From Calditrichia bacterium (lineage in GTDB: Bacteria; Calditrichota; Calditrichia; RBG-13-44-9), in NCBI GenBank assembly GCA_037381445.1, contig JARRQT010000087.1:1-15380 (forward strand): 15,380 bases of DNA. The letters are read 5' to 3'. Each line of letters starts with the position of its first letter. Positions within the stretch are counted from its first letter, which is position 1. The notes under the pieces are model-generated. The model was not told the origin of the DNA. It ran no database searches and saw only the letters and a program-made list of their open reading frames with translations. Below, piece by piece: positions 1-8,320 of the stretch. A program made the translations under genes and the position numbers.

Positions 1-795
1 GGCGAGGTCTGGAACGATATGAAAATATCCGGGACAGTGAAGAATATTGTTTCGCAGCAAAAAGTTATCGGTCAGCCGACTACCATCGATATCAATGGCA
101 CGCGAAGAGATCAGGCATCAGTCAGGCTGTCGGGTGTTCTGGATTATCTGGAAGAAAAGCCCCGGGAGAAAATCGAATTAAATCTCAGCCGCATGCCGCT
201 GTCAAATGTGAAGTTGACTGATTTCGCCCTGCTTCCCTATAAAATCAATCACGGCAGCGGACAGACCGACGCCGTCATGCAATTTGATGGAAATGATTTT
301 GCCACGAATATCAAGTTCGAGGCAAGCAGTCTGAAATTTGATTTTTCTGAGAAGCCGGCTAATATGAACCAGCGGTTGCTGGAGATCAGCCGCTCCATCG
401 TTTCGGCCATTCAGACAATTGATTTCACAGCGGTCGCACGTCAGGTTGACGGAAAATTTGGTTTTTCCATCAACAGCAATCTGGACAACCTGATCGCCGG
501 CAAAATGAAAGATATCGTTTCCGGCGAAGTTGTTAAGGCCCGGGACCAGTTGCAGCAGCGGGTGCAGCAACAGGTGGAGCGGTACCGCAGTGAAACCGAT
601 AAATTGATTGCCGCCCAGCGGCAGGAGCTGGAAAATCGGCTCCAGCAGGTGCAGGAGCAGATCCAGAAGCAGCAAGCTGAATTGGAGAAAAAACGCAAGG
701 AAATCGAAAGCCGTATTGAACAGACAAAAAAGGATCTGCAAAAGAAGCTGGAAGAAGAAACCAAGAACAGGCTGAAAGACATCTTCAAGAAATAG
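1..795 (+). CDS. C-terminal part of a TIGR03545-family-like protein (AsmA-like beta region followed by a long coiled coil); 5'-truncated by the window edge
   Basis: Frame +1 is open from base 1 (GEVWND precedes the listed Met) to TAG at 793-795. Beta-rich segments, then SINSNLDNLI, then a Q/E/K-rich heptad tail ending LKDIFKK; this is the architecture I recall for TIGR03545 proteins. Confidence 0.6.
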   Translation, partial: GEVWNDMKISGTVKNIVSQQKVIGQPTTIDINGTRRDQASVRLSGVLDYLEEKPREKIELNLSRMPLSNVKLTDFALLPYKINHGSGQTDAVMQFDGNDFATNIKFEASSLKFDFSEKPANMNQRLLEISRSIVSAIQTIDFTAVARQVDGKFGFSINSNLDNLIAGKMKDIVSGEVVKARDQLQQRVQQQVERYRSETDKLIAAQRQELENRLQQVQEQIQKQQAELEKKRKEIESRIEQTKKDLQKKLEEETKNRLKDIFKK

Positions 796-1084
796 GCCGA
801 GGACATTAAATATATCGACCGGCAAATTAAAACCGGCCGTACATTTGGCATATAAGATTTCGACAGTCCTATCATATCAAAAATATTCAGCCTTATTCCT
901 AAACCCGCGAATTGGATTAATGCGCGAATACCGGCACGTCCGGAAAAACCGGCTTTGCCTTGTCCGGCTGCTGTATCCTTCCGGAATTTCACCGGACAGC
1001 ACCCTCCCTGAAGGAACCTCATTAAAAATAAATTGTTAATATCATGTAATCGATTTGCCAGCTTTTATGATGTCGAAAACATTT

Positions 1085-1105
1085 TTTATGATACTTCATC
1101 ATAAA
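1085..1105. promoter_or_regulatory. Palindromic operator candidate upstream of sdhC (TTTATGAT-N5-ATCATAAA)
   Basis: Perfect 8-bp inverted repeat with a 5-nt spacer; an extra TTTATGAT half-site at 1064-1071; lies 11 bp upstream of the candidate -35. Confidence 0.5.
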
Positions 1106-1116
1106 TAAATTTATCG

Positions 1117-1145
1117 TTGCAAACTTCAACATAAATCAACATATT
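1117..1145 (+). promoter_or_regulatory. Candidate sigma70 promoter of sdhCAB
   Basis: TTGCAA (1117-1122)-N17-CATATT (1140-1145) in an AT-rich intergenic region. Confidence 0.4.
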
Positions 1146-1261
1146 CATCCCCCTGCGCCGGCAGCATCAAAAAAGCAGGAAGCTTTGGACACTGGTTTTA
1201 AGGAAAATTTTCGAGCATTTAATTCCGCCTGTTTTACTGAATATTAAAAAGGTAAGAGATC

Positions 1262-1957
1262 ATGTCATACACTCCGTTGAAATCACTCTTGTTCAGCAGT
1301 ATTGGAAGAAAGGTTGTCATTGCGATCGCGGGTCTAACGTTCTTTTTCTTTCTGATATTTCATCTGCTGGGAAATCTCATCATCATTTTAGGGAGCGGGC
1401 ATCTATTTAACGCTTATTCCCATGCGCTGGTTAGTTTGGGTTACCTTCTCTATCTTGTAGAAATAGTCTTATTTGTTGCCTTCTTTTTCCATTTTATACT
1501 GGCCGCAATTATTACCCTGAAAAACAGCCAGTCCCGGCCATACGGTTACAAAATGGCCAAAAGTGCGGGTGGGCCAAGCAGGGAAACCATCTCTTCCCGA
1601 ACAATGATTTATACAGGCGTAGTGGTCCTGGTGTTTGTGGTGCTGCACGTTATCACCTTCAAATATGGTCCCGGCATTGCACAGGGTTACGTCACGACCC
1701 TCGACGGCCAAAAGGTGAGAGACCTCTATCGTCTGGTTATCGAAGTATTCAAAAACAAATGGTTTGTGATCTGGTATGTGTTTTCGATGATTTTTCTGGG
1801 GTTCCATGTGCGTCATGCATTTTGGAGCGCTTTTCAATCCCTGGGGGCCAACAACCAGCGCTGGACACCCATCCTCTTCTGGGTAGGAACATTTTTCGCC
1901 TTCTTTTTGGGAATCGGTTTCCTGCTCATTCCGTTATGGGTATACTTTGTTCTGTGA
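1262..1957 (+). CDS. sdhC: Succinate dehydrogenase/fumarate reductase cytochrome b subunit (single di-heme membrane anchor)
   Basis: SSIGRKVVIAIAGL start, five hydrophobic segments with His residues (FHLLGN, FHFI, LHVITF, FHVRHAFWSAFQSLG); directly upstream of sdhA. Confidence 0.93.
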   Translation: MSYTPLKSLLFSSIGRKVVIAIAGLTFFFFLIFHLLGNLIIILGSGHLFNAYSHALVSLGYLLYLVEIVLFVAFFFHFILAAIITLKNSQSRPYGYKMAKSAGGPSRETISSRTMIYTGVVVLVFVVLHVITFKYGPGIAQGYVTTLDGQKVRDLYRLVIEVFKNKWFVIWYVFSMIFLGFHVRHAFWSAFQSLGANNQRWTPILFWVGTFFAFFLGIGFLLIPLWVYFVL

Positions 1958-2053
1958 TTTGATCGATATCCGATTGAAATAAAAATGAAAACAGATGTGA
2001 TGCTGCCGGTTCTTGAGATGCCGGGCTGCTAAGCTAATCGAGGAGAAATTATA

Positions 2054-3997
2054 ATGATATTCAATGGAAAAATTCCCGAAGGCGATCCCCTGAACGGCCG
2101 GGTTCCGGAAGGCCCGATTGAAAAACGCTGGGAAAAATGGAAGAATGAATTGTCACTGGTCGCCCCGGCGAATAAGAAAAAGCATACCATCATTGTGGTG
2201 GGCACTGGTCTTGCCGGCGCTTCGGCGGCAGCATCCCTGGGAGAGCTTGGCTATAATATCAAGAGTTTTTGTATTCAGGATTCGCCGCGACGGGCCCACA
2301 GTATTGCCGCTCAGGGCGGGATAAATGCCGCTAAGAATTATACCAATGACGGTGACAGCGTGTGGCGGCTGTTCTATGATACTGTGAAAGGCGGTGATTT
2401 CCGGTCCCGGGAATCAAATGTCTACCGTCTGGCAGAGTTGAGTACCGAAATCATAGATCAGGCGGTGGCGCAGGGTGTGCCCTTTGCCAGGGAATATGGG
2501 GGACTTCTGGCGAACCGTTCATTTGGCGGCGCCCTGGTTTCCCGGACTTTTTACGCCCGCGGGCAGACCGGCCAGCAGTTGCTGCTAGGGGCATATGGGG
2601 CATTATTGCGGCAGATTGATTCCGGTAAGATCAGGATATTTCCACGACGTGAAATGCTCGACCTGGTCGTCATTGACGGGAAGGCCCGCGGCATCGTCAC
2701 ACGTAATCTGGTAACCGGCGAGATAGAGTCCCATGCCGGCGAGGCGGTAATCCTGGCCACGGGCGGATATTCCAATGCCTATTATCTTTCCACCAATGCA
2801 AAAAATTCCAATGCCACCGCGGCATGGCGCTGCTATAAGCGGGGCGCCTATTTTGCGAATCCCTGCTATACTCAAATCCACCCCACCTGTATTCCGGTAT
2901 CGGGGGATTATCAATCGAAACTGACTTTGATGAGCGAAAGCCTGAGAAATGACGGCCGGGTCTGGGTACCCAAAGAAAAGGGCGATGACCGCCGCCCTAC
3001 AGAAATCTCTGAAGATGAGCGGGATTATTACCTGGAACGGAGATATCCCACCTTCGGTAACCTGGTTCCCCGTGATGTGGCTTCCCGCGCCGCCAAAGCG
3101 GTATGTGATGAGGGAAGGGGTGTCGGCGAAACGGGACGCGCGGTTTATCTGGATTTTTCGGACGCCATCCGCGATAACGGGGTCGAGTACATTGAGGAGA
3201 AATACGGCAATCTTTTCGAGATGTATGAACGCATAACCGGCGAAAATCCCTATAAGGTTCCCATGCGAATATATCCTGCCCTGCACTACACCATGGGAGG
3301 TCTGTGGGTAGATTATAATTTGATGAGCAATATACCGGGGTTGTTTGTGCTTGGTGAAGCCAATTTCTCGGATCACGGCGCGAACCGTTTGGGAGCCAGC
3401 GCCCTGATGCAGGGGTTGGCAGACGGCTATTTCGTGATACCCTACACCGTGGGAGATTATATTGCCAGGGAAAAACCGGAAAAGGTGAGTGAAGATCATG
3501 ATGCCTTTAAGGAATCCGAGAAGGAAGTGAAGGAAACAACCCGGCGGCTGCTCTCGGTGAAAGGCAAGAAAACCGTGATGGAATTCCATCGGGAACTGGG
3601 GCATCTTTTGTGGGATAATGCCGGAATGTCCCGTTCCGAAAATAGCCTCAGGCATGTGCTGGAGAAGATCCCGGAGTTGAAAGAAGATTTCCGCAAGAAT
3701 ATTTTGGTGCCAGGGGAAGCGGATGACTGGAATAAATACCTTGAATATGCCGGACGGACAGCGGACTTTCTGGAATTGGGCGAGCTCATCGCCCTGGATG
3801 CGCTGAATCGTGATGAGTCCTGCGGCGCCCATTTTCGGGAGGAGCATGAGACTCCTGACGGAGAAGCCCAGCGCGATGATTCGAATTTTAGTTATGTCGC
3901 AGCCTGGGAATATGCGGGGAAGGATAAAATCCCCATTCTTCACAAAGAGCCGCTGAAATTTGAATATGTGGAGCCCAGTCAACGGAGTTACAAGTAA
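2054..3997 (+). CDS. sdhA: Succinate dehydrogenase/fumarate reductase flavoprotein subunit
   Basis: FAD-binding VVGTGLAG, covalent-FAD His motif [40 protein letters not shown] and [18 protein letters not shown] upstream. Confidence 0.97.
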   Translation: MIFNGKIPEGDPLNGRVPEGPIEKRWEKWKNELSLVAPANKKKHTIIVVGTGLAGASAAASLGELGYNIKSFCIQDSPRRAHSIAAQGGINAAKNYTNDGDSVWRLFYDTVKGGDFRSRESNVYRLAELSTEIIDQAVAQGVPFAREYGGLLANRSFGGALVSRTFYARGQTGQQLLLGAYGALLRQIDSGKIRIFPRREMLDLVVIDGKARGIVTRNLVTGEIESHAGEAVILATGGYSNAYYLSTNAKNSNATAAWRCYKRGAYFANPCYTQIHPTCIPVSGDYQSKLTLMSESLRNDGRVWVPKEKGDDRRPTEISEDERDYYLERRYPTFGNLVPRDVASRAAKAVCDEGRGVGETGRAVYLDFSDAIRDNGVEYIEEKYGNLFEMYERITGENPYKVPMRIYPALHYTMGGLWVDYNLMSNIPGLFVLGEANFSDHGANRLGASALMQGLADGYFVIPYTVGDYIAREKPEKVSEDHDAFKESEKEVKETTRRLLSVKGKKTVMEFHRELGHLLWDNAGMSRSENSLRHVLEKIPELKEDFRKNILVPGEADDWNKYLEYAGRTADFLELGELIALDALNRDESCGAHFREEHETPDGEAQRDDSNFSYVAAWEYAGKDKIPILHKEPLKFEYVEPSQRSYK

Positions 3998-4007
3998 GGA
4001 GATGATG

Positions 4008-4769
4008 ATGGCGAATAATAACATGAATCTGAAACTGCGAATCTGGCGTCAGGCGGGACCCGATAAACCGGGCAAACTCGTTGACTATACCCTGGACAAT
4101 GTTTCACCGGATATGTCATTTCTGGAAATGCTGGATGTATTAAACGAAGAACTTATGAAGAAAGGCGAAAATCCGGTAGAGTTCGAAAGTGACTGCAGGG
4201 AGGGAATATGCGGCAATTGCGGATCGGTTATCAATGGGATCCCCCATGGCGGGCAGCACCGGACCGCGTCCTGCCAGCTGCATATGCGGCATTTTAGGGA
4301 TGGTGATACCATCACCATTGAGCCGTTTCGGGCAAAGGCATTCCCGGTAATAAAAGATTTGGTAGTAGACCGCAGCGCTTTTGATCATATCCTCAAAAAA
4401 GGCGGGTATATTTCGGTAAACACCGGAAGCGCTCCCGATGCTAATCTTCTGCCTGTGGCCAGGGAAGTGGCGGATCAGGCCATGGATTCGGCAGAGTGCA
4501 TTGGTTGCGGCGCCTGCGTGGCAGCTTGTCCCAATGCCTCGGCCTCGTTATTTGTCTCTGCAAAAATATCTCACCTTGCCCGTCTTCCCCAGGGCCAGCC
4601 GGAAAGAAAGCGGCGTCTGATACGGCTGATGGAGCAAATGGATGAAGAGGGATTCGGGAACTGCTCGAATCAGGCGGAATGCGAGGCAGTGTGCCCCAAA
4701 GGGATTTCGATAGCCAATATTGCCAAAATGCGGAGAGAGTATTTTAAAGCCCTGCGCGGCGGGGAATAA
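4008..4769 (+). CDS. sdhB: Succinate dehydrogenase/fumarate reductase iron-sulfur subunit
   Basis: [10 protein letters not shown] (2Fe-2S), [12 protein letters not shown] and [12 protein letters not shown] motifs. Start moved to ATG 4008 because AAGGAG (3996-4001) overlaps the sdhA stop; ATGs at 4002 and 4005 are alternatives. Confidence 0.95.
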   Translation: MANNNMNLKLRIWRQAGPDKPGKLVDYTLDNVSPDMSFLEMLDVLNEELMKKGENPVEFESDCREGICGNCGSVINGIPHGGQHRTASCQLHMRHFRDGDTITIEPFRAKAFPVIKDLVVDRSAFDHILKKGGYISVNTGSAPDANLLPVAREVADQAMDSAECIGCGACVAACPNASASLFVSAKISHLARLPQGQPERKRRLIRLMEQMDEEGFGNCSNQAECEAVCPKGISIANIAKMRREYFKALRGGE

Positions 4770-4797
4770 AAAAAGCTGGCCGATAGCTCCGGCCAGC
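4768..4797 (-). terminator. Intrinsic terminator of hup, between the converging sdhB and hup genes
   Basis: GCTGGCCG-N7-CGGCCAGC perfect stem (4775-4797) with an A7 run at 4768-4774, which is a U-tract on the minus strand. Confidence 0.75.
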
Positions 4798-4824
4798 CCA
4801 AAAAAACAAGAAATTGGGTATTGC

Positions 4825-5094
4825 TTAGAACATATCTTTCAAACCTTTGCCTGGCCTGAAAACCGGAGCTTTGCGTGCCGGGATGTTGATCTTTTCACCG
4901 GTACGGGGATTGCGAGCTTCGCGTGCGGGACGCTGGATAACTTTAAATGATCCAAAACCAACTAAATTAACAGAGCCATCCTTTTTCAGTTCGTCTGTTA
5001 CTGTTTCCAGAAAAGCATCTAGGAATGCGTTGGAGTCTTTTCTGCTTTTTCCGATCTTCGTGGACAGAGCATCAACTAATTCTTTACGATTCAT
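4825..5094 (-). CDS. hup: DNA-binding protein HU
   Basis: MNRKELV start, VNLVGFGSF, ARNPRTGEKINIPARKAPVFRPGKGLK signature; AAGGAGG RBS. Confidence 0.96.
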   Translation of the reverse strand: MNRKELVDALSTKIGKSRKDSNAFLDAFLETVTDELKKDGSVNLVGFGSFKVIQRPAREARNPRTGEKINIPARKAPVFRPGKGLKDMF

Positions 5095-5150
5095 ATCGGC
5101 CTCCTTCTTAAGATAAATATAAAGATAAAGTTAAATATAATAGCTGCGTT

Positions 5151-5179
5151 AATTTGTTAAAATAAGCGGAAAATGTCAA
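5151..5179 (-). promoter_or_regulatory. Candidate sigma70 promoter of hup
   Basis: Perfect TTGACA (5179-5174)-N17-CAAATT; the -10 is weak. Confidence 0.4.
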
Positions 5180-5243
5180 GGGGAAAAAACTAATAATTTA
5201 AGGTTTTTGGGGCTAAAATAGGGGTTTGGAGGCCTTTTGCGCA

Positions 5244-5273
5244 CAAAGAGGAGTGAAAAATCACTCCTCTTTG
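5244..5273 (-). terminator. Terminator-like hairpin ending the fliS-flgM transcript
   Basis: 13-bp perfect inverted repeat CAAAGAGGAGTGA-N4-TCACTCCTCTTTG, 16 nt after the flgM stop; U-tract is short. Confidence 0.75.
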
Positions 5274-5289
5274 AAAAGGGTGTATTGCG

Positions 5290-5598
5290 CTAAATATTTT
5301 TATCGAGTTTACCGCCCTGAAAAATCCCCCGGAAGTTGGGAGATTGCGTGATGCGGTCGGCAACTACACTCAGGACTTCATCTTTGTCGTAAAATTTTTC
5401 CTCGATCCGTTTGGTAATTTCTTCGATTCGTTCGGGCGTCAGGTTGGAACTGGATTTGGACAATGCTTTCGCCTCCTTGGAAAGCTCAACTTTATCGGCA
5501 TCTTTTTCTTTTTCCACCGATTTTACGTTATTGGCCTTCTTCACATTGGTGATGAAATTTAACTTACTTATTTCATTAACTTTCATTGGAGTCACCAT
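5290..5598 (-). CDS. flgM: Anti-sigma28 factor FlgM-like protein
   Basis: About 100 aa with a low-complexity N-terminus, DKVELSKEA motif, then ERIEEITKRIEEKFY...VADRI, matching the FlgM pattern D.V.lS..a...RV..IK..I..G.Y...iA.ki. The true start may be ATG 5586. Confidence 0.75.
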   Translation of the reverse strand: MVTPMKVNEISKLNFITNVKKANNVKSVEKEKDADKVELSKEAKALSKSSSNLTPERIEEITKRIEEKFYDKDEVLSVVADRITQSPNFRGIFQGGKLDKNI

Positions 5599-5604
5599 CC
5601 CTGT

Positions 5605-6018
5605 TTATATCGTTTTGTAGAATGTTTCTTGACTATTCACCTGTTTTTTGTAATTCTTCAAAAAACTCTTTCCCTGATTTGCCTGACCCATTTTTTCCTT
5701 CAGTACTAACTTCTTATATTTCATAATATCGAACGTTTTTTTATCAACTTTAGCCAGATTTTCCATTTTCTTCTGAAATTTGCCGTTTATCAGGTTCTGC
5801 TCTTCGCCGGAAAGCCCTGCATTTTCCAAATCTGACAAATGATTTTTCAAATCTGCCAGGGCTGCTATTTTCTCCTCGCGCTTTTGCAGGATTTCGTTAT
5901 ATCCGCTGAGGTCATCCTGTTCCAGTAATGGAATTCCTTTTTCGGAAAGCAGTTCAATCTCTTCGAGAATTTCAAAGGCTTCATTAATCCGGTCTTCAAT
6001 CTCTTTTGTCATATTCAC
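5605..6018 (-). CDS. Flagellar export chaperone, FliT/FlgN-like helical protein
   Basis: 137 aa, apparently all-helical, LLEQDDL...ILQKREEKIAAL pattern and C-terminal Tyr (FLKNY); lies between flaG and flgM. FliT versus FlgN cannot be resolved by eye. Confidence 0.6.
   Translation of the reverse strand: MNMTKEIEDRINEAFEILEEIELLSEKGIPLLEQDDLSGYNEILQKREEKIAALADLKNHLSDLENAGLSGEEQNLINGKFQKKMENLAKVDKKTFDIMKYKKLVLKEKMGQANQGKSFLKNYKKQVNSQETFYKTI
5726..5752 (-). promoter_or_regulatory. Internal sigma28 promoter upstream of flgM
   Basis: TAAA-N15-TTCGATAT; the extended -35 CTAAAGTT is identical to that of the flagellin 2 promoter. Confidence 0.55.
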
Positions 6019-6021
6019 GTC

Positions 6022-6420
6022 TCAGTATCGCACATCTATTTCAATACCCTGCATTTGGAACGACTTCTTCATCTCATTAATATTTTCGACAGATTTCAGA
6101 AAAGCTTCAGGAGGAATTTTGCGAATAACTTCCCCTGAAACCGGATCCAGGACCTTAATGACGATCCTGTTTGACGATTCGTTCACCTCAAACTGAATAT
6201 TAACACCTGCACTCTTCAGCTTATTTCCCACTTCCCTGGCAATTTCAAACATTTTGGGATAGTCGACCTTTATTATCTCTTCCTCAATATTCACCGGTTT
6301 ATTCGCTTTGGCTTCATGGGTCATTGTCTGTTGCTGCTCTTGTTCAGGAGGCTTGACGGAATGCGAAGAGATAGACCATCCCGCCGGATTGTGTTTGTCT
6401 TTCACTGAATAAACTTCCAT
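6022..6420 (-). CDS. flaG: Flagellar protein FlaG
   Basis: IQFEVNESSNRIVIKVLDPVSGEVIRKIPPE is the FlaG signature. Start set at ATG 6420, which has an AAGGAG RBS; the longer ORF overlaps fliD. Confidence 0.9.
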   Translation of the reverse strand: MEVYSVKDKHNPAGWSISSHSVKPPEQEQQQTMTHEAKANKPVNIEEEIIKVDYPKMFEIAREVGNKLKSAGVNIQFEVNESSNRIVIKVLDPVSGEVIRKIPPEAFLKSVENINEMKKSFQMQGIEIDVRY

Positions 6421-6436
6421 GTTTATTCTCCTTAAA

Positions 6437-7858
6437 TTAATAGGATACAAATCCTCCCTGCATTAGGCTTCCCAGCGATGCATACTGAGATGAATACATA
6501 TTGTAAGCAGCCTGCAATTGAGAAAATTGCTGCCGGTAGCTTTCAATTTTCCGGTCAACAAGATCCTCCAGTCTGCTGATTCGGGTATTTATCATGTTGA
6601 TGTTACCCTGGTATACACTTTTTCGCTTTTCAATGATGCCATCCGCGCTGGTATATGAATCCAGAAAATCCACAAAACGAGTGGCCATACCGTCGGCGGA
6701 ATTGAAAATTGCCGAAACCTGATCGAGATTTCCCTTAAGGTTTTCTTCCAGTTTGCCGGAATCGGAAATACTTAATTTCCCGTATCTGTCTGTGGTAATG
6801 CCAATCTGAGCCAGCATCGTTAAGCTGCCGTCCGCCAGGCCGGTAACCGGTTGAGTGAGAAGTGTGCGCATCTGCAGCTTCAGATTACTGACGGCAAAAT
6901 CGCCGCTTAATGCTGAACGCTCATAGGTGGTGGTGTTGATCTGAGTATTGGTTTGAATGAAACTCATGACATCATTATAGGCAGTCACAAAATCTTCGAT
7001 ATTTTTTTGGATGCTTTCCACATCATTGTCCACATTGAGCGTGGCGGGTGATTCTCCCGCCGCATGCGGTTTCTGAAGTGTGAGGGTGAGTCCGCCAATG
7101 GCATTTTCAATGGTGTTTGAATTTCGTTCGATGCTAATGCCATCCACTGTAATCCGGGCGTTCAATTCGGAAGAGTCATAAACATAGCCGCCGGAATTCC
7201 CGCTCATGGCAGTACTGTCATTCATTCCAAGATTCGCAAGAAAGGTGCCCGTAATATCGGTCAGATTCATTTCAAAATCCGCTCCGGTTTCTTTGGAAGT
7301 AAATACCAGGCGGGCAGTAGAATCCGTATCATTGACAACTGAGGCTCTGATACCAATATCGGCGGTATCATTGACGGCAGAAACGACCCGGTTAATAATC
7401 GTTTCGTTATCTTCCTCCCCAGTGATATCAATAGAAACCTGCTGCGGGGTTCCGTTAACTGAGATTTCGAAAGAATGTGTTCCTGCGCCAAGACTAGTGG
7501 CGAGATCTGTTCCGGCCAGACTGAATTGGTTACTGATAATTTTGTCTGCTTTTGCCAGTTGGGAAATGAATACTGTGTGTGAAGTAGGGGTTGCTGTCGA
7601 GGTGGTGGTAACTGTCATATAGGACTCGTCGCTCACGGTCGATATTTTATTCCCAAAAATAGATGTCGTTCCGCTGCCCGACAATTTTTTCATCGCGGAC
7701 TGAAGCGCATCAAGCTTTTTCTTCAGGTCGTTGAAAATAGATATGCGATTGTTAATGCCGCTCCTCTGAGTTTCGAGCTGCCTGATGGGTTGTTCCTCAA
7801 GCGTACGATAACTTTGCAGCAAACTTTCGATACTTCCTGAACCTACTCCCGAGATCAT
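6437..7858 (-). CDS. fliD: Flagellar filament cap protein (HAP2)
   Basis: SGVGSG N-terminus, ISQLAKA, LVFTSKETG, NARITVDGISIERNSNTI, FVTAYND, LAQIGITT..G.L and the C-terminal YRQQFSQL coiled coil. Confidence 0.95.
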   Translation of the reverse strand: MISGVGSGSIESLLQSYRTLEEQPIRQLETQRSGINNRISIFNDLKKKLDALQSAMKKLSGSGTTSIFGNKISTVSDESYMTVTTTSTATPTSHTVFISQLAKADKIISNQFSLAGTDLATSLGAGTHSFEISVNGTPQQVSIDITGEEDNETIINRVVSAVNDTADIGIRASVVNDTDSTARLVFTSKETGADFEMNLTDITGTFLANLGMNDSTAMSGNSGGYVYDSSELNARITVDGISIERNSNTIENAIGGLTLTLQKPHAAGESPATLNVDNDVESIQKNIEDFVTAYNDVMSFIQTNTQINTTTYERSALSGDFAVSNLKLQMRTLLTQPVTGLADGSLTMLAQIGITTDRYGKLSISDSGKLEENLKGNLDQVSAIFNSADGMATRFVDFLDSYTSADGIIEKRKSVYQGNINMINTRISRLEDLVDRKIESYRQQFSQLQAAYNMYSSQYASLGSLMQGGFVSY

Positions 7859-7880
7859 CGGTTCTTTCTCCGTTTAATAT

Positions 7881-8219
7881 TTATGAAAGGTTAAACGCTT
7901 TTGCCCAGGTATTGCGTAATTCCTCCAAAATCTGGATAGACTCATCAAATTTATTTTTATAGAGACAATCCTGGCAATAACGATATAGTCTGAAAAGTCC
8001 TAAGGAAATTTCCTGGTAATCGAAGTTCAATGCGGATATTAATTCTGTAATGACTTTATTGGCTTTTGAAATATCATTTTTCTTTATTGAAACCAGGGCC
8101 AGATCATATAGCCTCAAAATGAGCTCGGTTGGATTCAGATTCAGAATCTCATTTTGCTGGTAAGTTGAAATAACTTTATTTTTCATGTAGGGTTTGCGGT
8201 ATGCCAATGCTGTATTCAT
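7881..8219 (-). CDS. fliS: Flagellin export chaperone FliS
   Basis: YQQNEIL..P.ELILRLYD, ITELISALNF, LFRLYRY and LEELRNTW motifs. Confidence 0.9.
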   Translation of the reverse strand: MNTALAYRKPYMKNKVISTYQQNEILNLNPTELILRLYDLALVSIKKNDISKANKVITELISALNFDYQEISLGLFRLYRYCQDCLYKNKFDESIQILEELRNTWAKAFNLS

Positions 8220-8247
8220 ATGAATCGAACTCCCTTTCGATTTGAAT

Positions 8248-8277
8248 ATTATCGTGTAAATGACCCGTTAAAATCAA
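8248..8277 (-). promoter_or_regulatory. Candidate promoter for fliS-fliD-flaG-fliT-flgM
   Basis: TTGATT-N18-GATAAT (sigma70-like) directly after the flagellin 2 terminator. It overlaps a sigma28-like -10 (CACGATAA) that lacks a TAAA at 15 nt. Confidence 0.35.
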
Positions 8278-8282
8278 CAGGG

Positions 8283-8313
8283 AAGAAGTCCTCTCCGTTA
8301 AAGAGGACTTCTT
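8283..8313 (-). terminator. Terminator hairpin after flagellin 2
   Basis: AAGAAGTCCTCT-N7-AGAGGACTTCTT 12-bp perfect stem, 7 nt after the stop codon. Confidence 0.75.
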
Positions 8314-8320
8314 TTCCCGG

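Noticed and set aside
202..1039. ORFs 202-825(-), 441-1022(-), 533-727(-) and 845-1039(+)
   Set aside because: Antisense shadows of the coiled-coil gene (L/F/S/C-rich) or short ORFs without an RBS or family features.
3960..4007. Extended sdhB N-terminus from the ORF track
   Set aside because: Overlaps sdhA; the AAGGAG RBS supports a start at 4002-4008.
2603..4024. 473-aa antisense ORF
   Set aside because: Lies almost entirely opposite the highly conserved sdhA; no recognisable motifs; typical shadow ORF.
8249..8275. Sigma28 promoter for fliS
   Set aside because: CACGATAA resembles a -10, but the sequence 15 nt upstream is GATT rather than TAAA; kept only as an ambiguous promoter candidate.
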